Below are positions 10,187-20,479 of a stretch of DNA of 64,000 nucleotides, one piece after another. Numbering within the stretch: position 1 is the stretch's first letter; each line of letters opens with the position of its first letter. The position numbers were made by a program, and so were the translations under genes. Source of the stretch: an uncultured Nitrososphaerota archaeon (GTDB lineage: Archaea > Thermoproteota > EX4484-205 > JAAOZO01); the NCBI GenBank assembly GCA_964408285.1, contig CAYOYV010000002.1, positions 32,001 through 96,000 on the forward strand, read 5' to 3'. The notes below the pieces were generated by a model, which saw only the letters and a program-made list of their open reading frames with translations, was not told the DNA's origin and made no database searches.

Positions 10187-10840
10187 ATGGCATCTTGGGA
10201 TGACATGTTTCGCGCAGGCCATTTTCGCCTTGAAGAACCTCAAGAACAAGTAGTGAAAATCGTCTCGGCTCTCAGAGAAAACAATGTAATAAGGGTATGC
10301 GATCTGGGCTGTGGACCTGGGCGCAATCTGATTTTCCTCGCAGATCAGGGATTCGAGGTCTACGGAGTTGACATATCCGAAACCGCACTTGAGATGACCC
10401 GGCAGAAGGCAGCCAAGCTGGGATTGAAGGTGAATCTGATGAAAGGCGACATGACCTCCCTGCTCTTCCCTGACCTTTTCTTCGACGCCGTCATATGTGT
10501 ATATGTCATTTATCATGGCACATTGTATTCGATCAAAAGGACTCTCCTCGAAATCAGAAGGGTTCTGAGACCCGGCGGATTTGTTCTTGTAACATTCCAG
10601 ACAAGGAGAAGTCACAAGTATGGATCCGGAAAGGAAATAGAACCGAATACCTTCGTTCAGCAGGAACCCCCTGAACTCGGAATCATTCACCATTTTAGCG
10701 ACGAGACAGAAGTGAGATTGCTGATGGAGCAATTTCAAATACTGAATGTGGAGCTCGAGGAATTGTCGACAAAGAACGGGAACCAACACAGCCATTGGCA
10801 GGTCTTGGCGAGGAAATCTCAAACTGGCAGGGGACTATGA
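10187..10840 (+). CDS. Class I SAM-dependent methyltransferase
   Basis: DLGCGPGRN, GVDIS, GDM, FDAV, RVLRPGG; ATG 10187 preferred to avoid overlap with the divergent NUDIX gene. Confidence 0.9.
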   Translation: MASWDDMFRAGHFRLEEPQEQVVKIVSALRENNVIRVCDLGCGPGRNLIFLADQGFEVYGVDISETALEMTRQKAAKLGLKVNLMKGDMTSLLFPDLFFDAVICVYVIYHGTLYSIKRTLLEIRRVLRPGGFVLVTFQTRRSHKYGSGKEIEPNTFVQQEPPELGIIHHFSDETEVRLLMEQFQILNVELEELSTKNGNQHSHWQVLARKSQTGRGL

Positions 10841-10925
10841 CCGAATGCGATTACGCATATCTTTCCGTTCTTCGTTTGTTTTATCAATTACCCCAATCAT
10901 ATCCACGACACATTAATTAACAAGC

Positions 10926-11546
10926 TTGGACTGTCTAGTCAGAGAAACAGTGGATACGCACATCATCATCGACAAGGCAATACCCTTTGTGATAATGATA
11001 GCACTTTGGCTCAATGGGTGGTTCTATCCCCTGTTACTCGTTCCTATACTATATGTGATGGTATTCGAAAAGAGAGGCCCATACTTCATTGGATTCGAGC
11101 TGAGCAAAATACGGAGATCAGCGGCTCTGGGCTTGATCGCGGGCAACTTGCTGTCATTGGTGTACCTTGGCTTGTTTATCTTTTGCCGAGTTGTGGTTCA
11201 ACCTCTCGGTGATATTGATTGGTCTGTTCTATTCACAAGCATGGTGTGGTTTTCATTCTATGATGAAATCGTCTACAGAGGGTTTTTCATCTCTCACTTT
11301 TCAGATGCTAATGAATCGATGTTCTCACCTAGGGGGCTTGTCGTCAATCTCCTACAGACCTTAATGTTCATTTCGACGCCGATCAAAGTGCTGTCAATAG
11401 GGCAACCTTTAGTTCTTCTCTTTTTCTCTCTTTTGGGATTCACGAATGGATTAGTATTCATGAGAACTAGGAACCTCGCTGGCTGCATTCTATCGCATTC
11501 GATCGTGATAGGTTCGACCTGGCTGTTCCCAAGGATATTCGGTTAG
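10926..11546 (+). CDS. CPBP/Abi-family intramembrane protein with degenerate motifs
   Basis: Multi-TM; DEIVYRG (EExxxR-like) and RTRNL..CILSH; other His motifs altered. Confidence 0.7.
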   Translation: MDCLVRETVDTHIIIDKAIPFVIMIALWLNGWFYPLLLVPILYVMVFEKRGPYFIGFELSKIRRSAALGLIAGNLLSLVYLGLFIFCRVVVQPLGDIDWSVLFTSMVWFSFYDEIVYRGFFISHFSDANESMFSPRGLVVNLLQTLMFISTPIKVLSIGQPLVLLFFSLLGFTNGLVFMRTRNLAGCILSHSIVIGSTWLFPRIFG

Positions 11547-11618
11547 AATTCGCGGTCTAGATGACTCCATTCGCGTTGCGACCCACGAAGTGGCAAGATT
11601 CGCCAAGGCGACTCCCAT

Positions 11619-12440
11619 CTATACTACTCCTCCTAATAGGGCACCAGTCAAATATGCTGCCCCAGCCGCAAGTGAGCCTACCATTGTCATTTCGACCCCA
11701 GCTATGTACCATTTTTTGCCCGTTACGTATGATCTGGCTGAGCCCGCTGCGAACACTGCTAACGCTGTCAAAGCAAGTGAAATCCCGAAATCCGCATCGG
11801 AGAGTGAGGGTAAGGCATAGGTCAGAATGAATGCCAGTAAAGGTATGATCCCTGCTATTATGAAGGCAAGGAAGGTGGCTAGGCCACTTTTCACTGGTGA
11901 CTTGTCTTCAGGCACCATGTAGAGCTCCTCAAGCATCATCGTGTCCACCCAATTTTCTCTGTTAGATGTCAGAAGATCTATGACTTCTTCGAGAACATGA
12001 CCTCGTAATCCCTTTTTCTCATATATCTGCCGGAGCTCTTCCCTTTCTTCGGCTGGTATGTTTTCTATCTCCCACGCCTCTCTGGCCCTCTCCGCACTCT
12101 TGTATTCCATTTCGGATTTCGTACTTAGATAGTTCCCCATAGCCATCGACACGCCATCTCCCAGCAAATTGGCAAAGCCCAAGATCAAGATGACGGCCGG
12201 CGACAGCGCCGCTCCTGCGGCTCCCGCGACAACTGCGAACGTCGTGATTATTCCGTCCAACGCTCCATATACCAGGTCGCCTACGTATGTTCCTTCCGTC
12301 TTCCTGTGGTATACATCCTCGTGTATCCTCTTTTCCCCATGAGCTTTTCTCGAGGCCAAAACATCTTTTCCTGAATAGGCTCTTTTTGCCTCCTCAATCC
12401 TTTCCGAAGGCATCCTGTTGGGGAGCGATAAGGTTGCCAC
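11619..12440 (-). CDS. VIT1/CCC1-family Fe2+/Mn2+ transporter
   Basis: VYGALDGIITTFAVVAG, DGVSMAMGNYLS, Glu-rich metal-binding loop, MMLEEL. Confidence 0.93.
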   Translation of the reverse strand: MATLSLPNRMPSERIEEAKRAYSGKDVLASRKAHGEKRIHEDVYHRKTEGTYVGDLVYGALDGIITTFAVVAGAAGAALSPAVILILGFANLLGDGVSMAMGNYLSTKSEMEYKSAERAREAWEIENIPAEEREELRQIYEKKGLRGHVLEEVIDLLTSNRENWVDTMMLEELYMVPEDKSPVKSGLATFLAFIIAGIIPLLAFILTYALPSLSDADFGISLALTALAVFAAGSARSYVTGKKWYIAGVEMTMVGSLAAGAAYLTGALLGGVV

Positions 12441-12562
12441 ATTAAAGGATTATCATGCGCTACTTCTGATCTATCTTGAAGGTTGCGTATCGGAATCTTG
12501 CCAGAGGAGTCGCTCGCGAACGAAATGCTTAAGACAACGCGGATTCGGGGATGGCACCTTGA

Positions 12563-13114
12563 ATGATAGAAGACCTGCTGGTACCTCTCGTTTCAGTCGC
12601 CATCGCGGAGCTGGGCGATAAGACGCAGCTATCGATTCTTTTGCTATCCTCAAAGACCGCGAAGCATCTCCAACTGCTTCTTGGTATTATCCTTGGGTTC
12701 TTCATAACTGATGGAGCTGCTATCTTGGCTGGCTCGTTCATGGCCACGATTCTTCCGATGGACTTCATCAGATGGCTCTCAGCTGCGCTGTTCATGATGT
12801 TTGGAATCCTGACCTTGAGGTATGGCAGCACAGCAGAGAAAGAAAAGATTCACCTAGGTAATCCTTTCCTCTCAGGATTCACGTTGATCTTCTTTGCAGA
12901 ATGGGGAGACAAGACACAGATAGCGTCTGGCGTATTTGCGACTAGGTATGATGCGATCTTAGTCCTGTCTGGAACGCTCGCAGCCTTGACATTGCTTTCC
13001 GTTGCGGCCGTCTATCTAGGTAAGCTAATCTCGGACAGGATCGACAGGCGACTCGTGACTTTGACAGCTGGAATCTACTTTATAGTGATTGGCATTTCAT
13101 TTCTTATTATGTAG
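12563..13114 (+). CDS. TMEM165/GDT1 (UPF0016) Mn2+/Ca2+ exporter
   Basis: Two ExGDKTQ motifs (ELGDKTQ, EWGDKTQ). Confidence 0.95.
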   Translation: MIEDLLVPLVSVAIAELGDKTQLSILLLSSKTAKHLQLLLGIILGFFITDGAAILAGSFMATILPMDFIRWLSAALFMMFGILTLRYGSTAEKEKIHLGNPFLSGFTLIFFAEWGDKTQIASGVFATRYDAILVLSGTLAALTLLSVAAVYLGKLISDRIDRRLVTLTAGIYFIVIGISFLIM

Positions 13115-13174
13115 CATCGGCGATTCTTTGGGAACTTGCTTGAGATACCAAGGGCTTCGTACCGGTTTCCGACT

Positions 13175-14497
13175 CTATGTAGAGGCCAATTTCCCGGCCC
13201 TTTCGATGAGTTCTTTCCTTTTCCACTCGATATCCTTCGGTATCAAAATCGAAGTGACCCCCAGGAGAACAGCGCATAGGAACCAAGTCACGGTTACTAT
13301 GACTAAAATAGCACTTTCAAGACCAATGGTGTCTGCAAGATAGCCCGTTAGTAAGGGGGCTAATGCGGATCCAACATTCTCGAAGAAGACTAACGTGGAT
13401 AGTCCAGAACTTCTCACCTCCGGGAGTGAGACGTCTTGGACAGAAGCCGACACTGAAGGTCCCGCCATTGGTATGAAAAACCCTGTCAGGCCTCCGAGTA
13501 CCAGAAACACTAGCATTCCCCCCTTCACGAGAATTGTCAGATCGAAGAGAATCAAACCGACTGCAACCGTTATGGATGCGAATATCATCCTCCCCTTCAA
13601 TGATCTCCGGAAGGACCAATCCCCCATTATCCCCGCAGCTATGTTGCCCAATGCCATGGCGATCAACGCCACGAACATCACCAACATCCTTTCATCTGGG
13701 TTGAATCCCCTAGCCAATTCCATGTATAGGAGCAGCCAATATGAGAGAATCTGCCAAGGAAAGACCCCGAAGAAGCCCTGGGCGAACAAGAGAATCGCTG
13801 ATTTCCTCTCGAATAGCTTCTTGATCGAATCCCTTGAGAACGTCTCTCTCAACTTGTCCTTCACTTCGGCAAGCTCCGGTTCAGTTCCACCTCTAGGCTT
13901 GTCCTTCACGGTTAGCAGAATCACTGCTGCTAGAATCAACCCGGGGACAGCAGTTATTATGAACGCCCCTCGCCAACCGAGGATGCCGCCCGCAATCGTC
14001 CCGACCAAGACTCCAATCAGAGTTCCGAAGGCATTCGAAGTGTTAACTAGGCCTATCGCCGTTGCCCTTCTCTCTGGAGGAAAATAATCCCCCAAGAACG
14101 AAATTATGCCACTTGTCGCCTCATTGTCTATTCCTGTAGTGGCTCTAGTGAGCAGTAGCTGCAAATAGCTTGTCGAGAATGCTGAGAGGACGGTCGTAAC
14201 TCCCCAGATCGCACTCGCCATGGAAACCATGAAAGGCCTCGCATAACGATCAAACACATATCCCCAGAAGGGCATGAACGCCACGGCAACAAAGATGGAA
14301 CCCGTCTGTATTGCTCCCAATTCCGTAAACGAAAGACCAAACTCTGACTGGATCAATGTAAGAAGAGGCGAGATCAGGAACTTGTCCGCGTTGTGTAGCA
14401 ACATGAAAAGGAAGAACATGAATGCAACATACCAAGATTCCCTAGGGATTCTCGATTCGCGATTGCCTTCAGGCATGGCTCCGGAACTGATAACCAT
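13175..14497 (-). CDS. MFS transporter
   Basis: About 12 TM helices; WGYVFDRYAR and GYLADTIG motif-A variants; FPPERRATA. Confidence 0.92.
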   Translation of the reverse strand: MVISSGAMPEGNRESRIPRESWYVAFMFFLFMLLHNADKFLISPLLTLIQSEFGLSFTELGAIQTGSIFVAVAFMPFWGYVFDRYARPFMVSMASAIWGVTTVLSAFSTSYLQLLLTRATTGIDNEATSGIISFLGDYFPPERRATAIGLVNTSNAFGTLIGVLVGTIAGGILGWRGAFIITAVPGLILAAVILLTVKDKPRGGTEPELAEVKDKLRETFSRDSIKKLFERKSAILLFAQGFFGVFPWQILSYWLLLYMELARGFNPDERMLVMFVALIAMALGNIAAGIMGDWSFRRSLKGRMIFASITVAVGLILFDLTILVKGGMLVFLVLGGLTGFFIPMAGPSVSASVQDVSLPEVRSSGLSTLVFFENVGSALAPLLTGYLADTIGLESAILVIVTVTWFLCAVLLGVTSILIPKDIEWKRKELIERAGKLAST

Positions 14498-14613
14498 GAT
14501 GCAAATATAAATTACTCGTCAGGAGCATGCAAAATTGCAGAAAATGGACGTTGTTTCACATGAGTATCTGAACGATCAGGAGCCTTCAAATGTTGAGGAT
14601 ACGTCTCAAGCCT

Positions 14614-15435
14614 TCAGCAGAGCGGCTCAAGAATGGCTTTTGCACTTTCGATGTCCTTGATCTGCTGAGGGCCAGCGATTTCCCGTTCAATTGTGAGAGC
14701 CCCGTCGAAGCCGCATGACTTCAATTTGGGGATGAGGGCAGGGAAATTAACCTTGCCTTGCCCCAAGGGCTTTTCCATGCCCAATCTCCTTCCATCCGTC
14801 GGATATTCACCATCTTTCGCATGCACTCCACGAACGTATCTGCCAATTGCATCTAAGGCGTCAACAGGATTCGCCTTGCCATACATTATAAGATTCGCAG
14901 GATCGAGATTTATCCCAAGATTATCTGCTCCTACATCCTGTATCGTCCTCAGGAGAGTCACTGGCGTCTCTTGACCACTCTCGAACCAGAAGCTCTCACT
15001 ATTCTCTGAACAAAACTGCGATATCTCCTTCAGAAGGGGAACGAGGCTGACATATAGACTATCCTGTGGATTCTCGGGTATGAAGCCGACGTGTGTTGTG
15101 ATACTCTCGACGCCGACCATCTTTGCAAAACTTGCCCCCTTCTTGAGAGCTGCGAGTCGGATTTCCCTTGTGTCAAATGGAACAAGCCCTATTGTAGCCG
15201 GTCCTTCCAAGAAGTCCCAAACATAAGTCCCTGGGAGACCAGTCCAGATAGTTGTGATCTCGACGTTGTTCTGCTCCGCCGAAATCCTCAGGTCGTTTGC
15301 CACTTCCCTCGTCAGTAAGTCGGGATTCCAGCATGAAACTTGGCAAGTCGGGAAGCCGAACTCACTAACCTTCTTCATCTCCTCCATTGGGCCGCTTTCC
15401 AAGGGGACTATCACTCCAAGTCTTAGTTTTGTCAT
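14614..15435 (-). CDS. Sugar-phosphate isomerase/epimerase, AP-endonuclease-2 TIM barrel
   Basis: THVGFIP, FESGQE, NLDPAN, HAKDG, TIERE; start moved to MTKLRLG. Confidence 0.88.
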   Translation of the reverse strand: MTKLRLGVIVPLESGPMEEMKKVSEFGFPTCQVSCWNPDLLTREVANDLRISAEQNNVEITTIWTGLPGTYVWDFLEGPATIGLVPFDTREIRLAALKKGASFAKMVGVESITTHVGFIPENPQDSLYVSLVPLLKEISQFCSENSESFWFESGQETPVTLLRTIQDVGADNLGINLDPANLIMYGKANPVDALDAIGRYVRGVHAKDGEYPTDGRRLGMEKPLGQGKVNFPALIPKLKSCGFDGALTIEREIAGPQQIKDIESAKAILEPLC

Positions 15436-15611
15436 GCACATGGCGAAGCAACACGCAGTATTTATGTTATGTAACGCATATCGAGTCAAAAGCATTTCAA
15501 TACATAACCGAAAAGGGGATATCTTCACGAGAGCCATGACCGAGACCAACATCATTGAGTTGCTATTTTATATAGAAGTTGTGAGGCCTTGAACTCGAGG
15601 CTTCCGGCGGG

Positions 15612-16289
15612 ATGTTTGGCCCAACGCATGCGCTCCTGGGATATCTTGTTGCCTATTTCGCTGTGAGGAATTCCAAATCAATTGATTTCAGAGATGGTGT
15701 CTTTGCTTTGGCTTGTGGAATCGCACCGGACATTGATTTCCTATCTCCTCTTCCTTTCGGAACTCCCTTTGGTCATCACGGTCTGGCTCATTCGCCTCTA
15801 CTATTACTCACGATCTCGAGTCCGTTTCTCGTGAAACGCAGATCAAACGCATTACCATATTTTTTGGCTTTGGTGTCGCACGTGGTGTCCGATTTCGTTG
15901 ACAACACAATCCCACTGTTCGGTCCCCTCTCCTGGGGAGAATTCGGTCTTCGCCTTTCTTATCAGGAGCAATTGGTGCCATTGGCTCTCTCCATAGAGCT
16001 GATCATCTGTTTTGCTTTCATATGTCTCGTTATCAGAAGGCCTAACGATCTTCCGATATCAATTCCAGAAAAATATGACAAGCTTGCCACATCTTCGTTG
16101 ATGATGATGCTTCTTGCTGGTCCCATAGTATCTTGGTACCTTGCCTCTTCATTCCAGATTTCTGTTACTCTCCCTCAGGCCTTTGTCTGGGCCTCGTCAT
16201 CGGTACTTGTTCTGTATTCTATAGCCTGTAACAGCTATCTTATCTTGGGAGCGATTTCGTCAGGAGTCAAAGAAAGAAAGCGGTCCTGA
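15612..16289 (+). CDS. Membrane metal-dependent hydrolase (YdjM-like)
   Basis: THALLG, PDID, HHGLAHS, SHVVSD. Confidence 0.85.
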   Translation: MFGPTHALLGYLVAYFAVRNSKSIDFRDGVFALACGIAPDIDFLSPLPFGTPFGHHGLAHSPLLLLTISSPFLVKRRSNALPYFLALVSHVVSDFVDNTIPLFGPLSWGEFGLRLSYQEQLVPLALSIELIICFAFICLVIRRPNDLPISIPEKYDKLATSSLMMMLLAGPIVSWYLASSFQISVTLPQAFVWASSSVLVLYSIACNSYLILGAISSGVKERKRS

Positions 16290-16378
16290 GGAAGGAAATC
16301 CGCATGATTGGGACAAGCGTCGATTGACCATCGAGAGGAAAAGCATTCATATTCTCTTGATTGGTGTGGATTCGCCAT

Positions 16379-17674
16379 ATGAAACGGAAAGTAATCCTGA
16401 TCATAATCGATGGCTGCAGACAGGACTACCTCCAGATGGGAGGCATTGATACAATCAGGCAACTCATGGATGAGGGAGCGTGTGCGCAGGATTGCAGGAC
16501 GGTTTTCCCTTCCATGACGCATCCAGCACATACCAGCATCGTGACCGGGCTCTACCCCTCTGGCCATGGCATTCTAGCGCATCATTACTTTGATAGGCGA
16601 TGTGGAAGATTGAGGGATTTCCTTTCATATAACAAATTCAGCGGGAATTCAATAGCGGAATTAGTCAAGTCAGCTGGAGGAAGGGTTGTTTCGATCGACG
16701 AATTCACAGCCCTTGGACGAGGATCGGATCTTTACGTGAACGTGCCATCCCATGACCCTCAGGAAGTTGCCTATTGGGCAGTTGATGCGATTTCGAGAAA
16801 AAGCCCTGACTTGTTGATCATGACGTTCTTCGACTCCGACAACATCGGAACGCGATACGGACCGCAGAGCGCCGAAGTGAAGACTTGCATGAGAAACATA
16901 GACGATCACATTGGCACCATACTCGGAAAGGCCAAGCAGTGCTACAAAGACGACGAATTGCTTGTTGTGTTGACCTCAGATCACGGAATGGCAAGCACCG
17001 GAAAATGTATACTCCCTGATGTTAGGAAGATGGCGCAGGCATCCTTGGGAGATTCTACAATCCTTGCCGAAGGACTCTATGCCCAGGTCTATTTCGATGA
17101 GATTCAAGCAAGACATATCGCCGAATTTGCCGAGATCCCTGGAGTAGATGTGATGCTGGAGGACAGAGAACTGCTGGCGTTGAACTGCCTAAATGAGAGT
17201 ATCGGTGATCTCGTTGTCTCATGCAAGGAGGGATACAACTTGATAGAGCAGGATGGCGGGGGACCTCAGGGCCTGCATGGCAGCCTAGTTGACGAGTGCA
17301 TGAGGGTTCCCCTCGTTCTATGGGGGGCCGGAGTGGTTCCTGGGAGGATGACCTTTTGCGAGGTGGTTGACATTGCCCCCACCATAGCACATTTCATGGG
17401 CATCAAATACCCACATTTCGATGGCAGATGGTTGGCCGAGTGCTTCACCGAATCACTCAAGATCACAACCGATAAGGTAACCGGAGCAGTCCGGGAGCTT
17501 CGGCTAGAGTACAGAACCAGAATTCAGATTATTCGGGAAATGATGGATGTCAGAAAAGCCGAGGCTGAAGGTAGGCTGAGCGAGAAAGAATGCTCAAGCA
17601 TCATTGGCGAATCAAAACAATCGCTACTGAAAGCCGTGTCAGAATACGAAAGGATAAAGAAACCATTGAAATGA
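16379..17674 (+). CDS. Alkaline-phosphatase superfamily enzyme (nucleotide pyrophosphatase/phosphodiesterase type) with C-terminal helical tail
   Basis: IIIDG, FPSMT.PAHTSIVTG, TSDHGM, GLHGS, DIAPT. Confidence 0.88.
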   Translation: MKRKVILIIIDGCRQDYLQMGGIDTIRQLMDEGACAQDCRTVFPSMTHPAHTSIVTGLYPSGHGILAHHYFDRRCGRLRDFLSYNKFSGNSIAELVKSAGGRVVSIDEFTALGRGSDLYVNVPSHDPQEVAYWAVDAISRKSPDLLIMTFFDSDNIGTRYGPQSAEVKTCMRNIDDHIGTILGKAKQCYKDDELLVVLTSDHGMASTGKCILPDVRKMAQASLGDSTILAEGLYAQVYFDEIQARHIAEFAEIPGVDVMLEDRELLALNCLNESIGDLVVSCKEGYNLIEQDGGGPQGLHGSLVDECMRVPLVLWGAGVVPGRMTFCEVVDIAPTIAHFMGIKYPHFDGRWLAECFTESLKITTDKVTGAVRELRLEYRTRIQIIREMMDVRKAEAEGRLSEKECSSIIGESKQSLLKAVSEYERIKKPLK

Positions 17675-17755
17675 AAACCGACCTTCGGTCTGTCTTTGAA
17701 GCGGCTTGAGACGCTCAGATTTAAATCCAGTTGGCTGGTTCAATGAACCATACTG

Positions 17756-19378
17756 ATGTCAGAAAGCGCTTGGTGGAAGGAAGGAGGGAGGTTGATTTTT
17801 GCCATCGTCATTTTGGTCATATTAGCATCCATAGTGGCAACGGCATACACGATCTTTTCACCGTTTACCCAGCCCATCATAGCCACGGTTAGTATAGATT
17901 ACTACATAGAGAGTGCCAGCGCCAGGAACTATGTCATGAACATGATTGACTATGCAATGAAAAACGACTCGATAAAAGCAGTTGTTGTAAAACTGGATTG
18001 CCCCGGCGGCTGGGCTGACGCAGTCGAGGAGATATATCTGGGGCTAGTCAGATTGAAAAGCAAGAAACCTGTCGTGGCCTCTGTAATAGGCTACGCGCTT
18101 TCTGGGGGATACTACATCGCCGTGTCATCCAACTACATATACGCAGTTCCAACTTCGTTCGTCGGAAACATAGGCGTTATAGGATTCGCACCCTCAAAGG
18201 GATACCCAAGCGAGCAAATCGTTGAGACTGGTCCAAATAAGGTCAGAGGTTTCTCCGAGAGAGGCTTCATATATATGCTTCAGGGCGCTCTGGAGAATTT
18301 CGTGGGCGCGGTAGTTGCTCAGAGGGGAGCCAAGCTTCTTGTGAACAAGACAGAACTATGCACAGGATCGATATATCTTGGCAGCCTAGCTGTTCGCAAC
18401 GGGATGGTTGATTCAGTGGGTTCATCGGAACATGCGATCGAGAAGGCCGCTTCTCTCGCCGGGATAACGCAATATGAGTTGGTTGACCTGAACAAAATAA
18501 CACAGGCGCCATCAGGTCTCATGACAATGAGCGGCAATGAATCAAAGGCAAGTGAGTTCAGCATCTCAAAACTCAGGGAACTGAGGCCGGCCCCAATATT
18601 CTATTACGTTTACCTGCCCCCGCAGTTGGGTAACATTTCAGGAGCGGAACTACTGAGGACTTGGGAGGCTGGAACGGAGACACCGACAGCGCCAATGACA
18701 GATGCTGGAGGGAAGAAAGTCGTCCTTATCGATCTCTCTCACCAGAACGCGTTCCTTAGGGACGAGCTTGTCATGCTGGTGTCGGAGATCGTGTCTAGGG
18801 ATGCCGTTGTTAGATATCTCAGCTCATCTATGGACTTCAGGTTCGCTTTGCAGGAGGCCACTTCGCTTCTGATAATCTCTCCGACTCGCGAATTCTCCAA
18901 CGATGAATTGACCGCTATCAGGGACTTCGTGAAGAAAGGAAAAAGACTGCTTATCATGAATGAGCCAACAAGGGCATTTCCTACCGCTGCAAACGGGTTA
19001 TCTGGCGATTTCGGCATAACATTCGGGAACGACTATCTCTACAGCTTGAATGAGTACGACGGGATATACAGGAATATATACGTGACTCATTTCGGGGCCT
19101 CAGAGCTCACTGATGGCCTGAATAAGATTGTCCTGTATACCGCTTCGAGCGTTTACTCAAAAACTGGCAGAATCGCGTTCACAGACAATGAAACGTTCTC
19201 CTCAGAAGCCGAGAAGCCAAGCGAATACGCGATCATGGTGTTCAAGGAGGGTGAAGGGATCGCTGCAATAGGGGATATGACCTTCCTTACGGAGCCTTAT
19301 TGCTACGTAGAGGATAATTACAGGCTACTGACCAACGTTGCCGCATTCCTGACGGGTCGTGGCGGATCCCCAGGATGA
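17756..19378 (+). CDS. S49 (SppA-type) peptidase fused to a DUF4350/GldG-like domain
   Basis: N-terminal TM, DCPGG, ALSGGYY, GNIGV, GPNK; C-terminal VLIDLSHQN...LLIISP..EFS.DE...IRDFV..G.RLL...IGD..FL...DNY.LL.N. Confidence 0.82.
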   Translation: MSESAWWKEGGRLIFAIVILVILASIVATAYTIFSPFTQPIIATVSIDYYIESASARNYVMNMIDYAMKNDSIKAVVVKLDCPGGWADAVEEIYLGLVRLKSKKPVVASVIGYALSGGYYIAVSSNYIYAVPTSFVGNIGVIGFAPSKGYPSEQIVETGPNKVRGFSERGFIYMLQGALENFVGAVVAQRGAKLLVNKTELCTGSIYLGSLAVRNGMVDSVGSSEHAIEKAASLAGITQYELVDLNKITQAPSGLMTMSGNESKASEFSISKLRELRPAPIFYYVYLPPQLGNISGAELLRTWEAGTETPTAPMTDAGGKKVVLIDLSHQNAFLRDELVMLVSEIVSRDAVVRYLSSSMDFRFALQEATSLLIISPTREFSNDELTAIRDFVKKGKRLLIMNEPTRAFPTAANGLSGDFGITFGNDYLYSLNEYDGIYRNIYVTHFGASELTDGLNKIVLYTASSVYSKTGRIAFTDNETFSSEAEKPSEYAIMVFKEGEGIAAIGDMTFLTEPYCYVEDNYRLLTNVAAFLTGRGGSPG

Positions 19379-19631
19379 TGCCAACCAGAACGAGATAGGC
19401 ACCTTCTATGACGGAACTGCTTCTCGGAGGGGTGCATCATGACGAAACAAAGCGAGAGCACATATTGGTCACATGACTTGTTCCTAGAAGAATCTAAACA
19501 AGATCCGTAGCAACAAGCATGAGATTGGTCTCTGGAATTCCGAGATTGAATTACTCTCATCCTAGCGTTGTCTGAGAGTGAGCAGTCACTAACTAAATTT
19601 ATCTAGAGGTAGTATCAATCAAGGGAGCAAT

Positions 19632-20435
19632 ATGTGCAGGATGTTAGGTCTCTTGTCGACTAGGCCGGTTCCGGCCTCGAAGTACCTGAGGGATGCTGAC
19701 TGTTCACTGTACAGACTCGCCGTACTAGGGCAACAAGGGGACGGATGGGGCATCGGCCACTATGTGAACGGAAAGCTAAGCATCTTCAAGAGTGAGAAAC
19801 CAGTCTATGAGGAGGAGCCACTCTTCCGAGACATGATTGACCAGATCAAATCCGTGGCCATCGTGGCTCATGTCAGAAAGGCGAGTAATCCTAGGAACTT
19901 ACCGAGGACTTCGTTAATCTCAAAGGAGAATTCCCAACCCTTCTATCACATGGATATTGTATTTGTCCACAACGGTACACTTTTCATTCCAGATCAAGTG
20001 ATGAATGAACTTGGCGAGTATAGGGGTCTTGTGCAAGGCGCCAACGACAGTGAGGTGCTTTTCGCGTATCTTCTTCTTAATCTGAAGAAGGAAGAAACAT
20101 TCGAGGAAGCCCTTAAGGGCCTAGAGAAGGGTTTGAGAGATATAAAGGAAAGAAGTGGATATCAGAGACAGCATCCGTATAGCAGTCTTAACCTCATATT
20201 CAGCGACGGCAGAGAGCTCCATGCGTACGAGAAATATCTCATAGAACCGGGAATCACCTCGTACTGCAGTCCAGCACCCTATTTCCAGATGCACTATTTT
20301 GCGGAGGACAACGGGATCGTTGTAGCTTCTGAGAAAATGAGTTCCACAAACTGGAAACCTCTAGGGAACGGGGAACTGCTAAGTGCAAGGGCAATTGATG
20401 ACAAGGTCGTATATGACATTCGCAGAATAAGCTGA
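19632..20435 (+). CDS. Class II glutamine amidotransferase (YafJ/EgtC-like Ntn hydrolase)
   Basis: N-terminal MCRM (Cys2 nucleophile), DGWG, AHVRKAS, NSQPF, HNG, DSE, VASE. Confidence 0.92.
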   Translation: MCRMLGLLSTRPVPASKYLRDADCSLYRLAVLGQQGDGWGIGHYVNGKLSIFKSEKPVYEEEPLFRDMIDQIKSVAIVAHVRKASNPRNLPRTSLISKENSQPFYHMDIVFVHNGTLFIPDQVMNELGEYRGLVQGANDSEVLFAYLLLNLKKEETFEEALKGLEKGLRDIKERSGYQRQHPYSSLNLIFSDGRELHAYEKYLIEPGITSYCSPAPYFQMHYFAEDNGIVVASEKMSSTNWKPLGNGELLSARAIDDKVVYDIRRIS

Positions 20436-20479
20436 ATCTGAACAGTCCGAGGATGAAACGCGCTCTGATCTAGCACTTG

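Noticed and set aside
10148-10822. 224-aa minus-strand ORF
   Set aside because: Antisense shadow of the methyltransferase with no recognisable motifs.
13395-14087. 230-aa plus-strand ORF, and similar ones at 38753-39313, 48825-49322 and 51834-52295
   Set aside because: Antisense shadows of well-supported genes, explained by codon bias.
14614-15555. Longest-ORF starts in the track (also 2761, 10028, 23206, 28063, 34799, 49919, 56430, 56476)
   Set aside because: The extensions run through TATA-like boxes or neighbouring genes and lack family similarity, so downstream starts were used.
19379-19631. Possible membrane-protein remnant on the minus strand (IEGAYLVLVGIILG)
   Set aside because: Too short and interrupted to assign.
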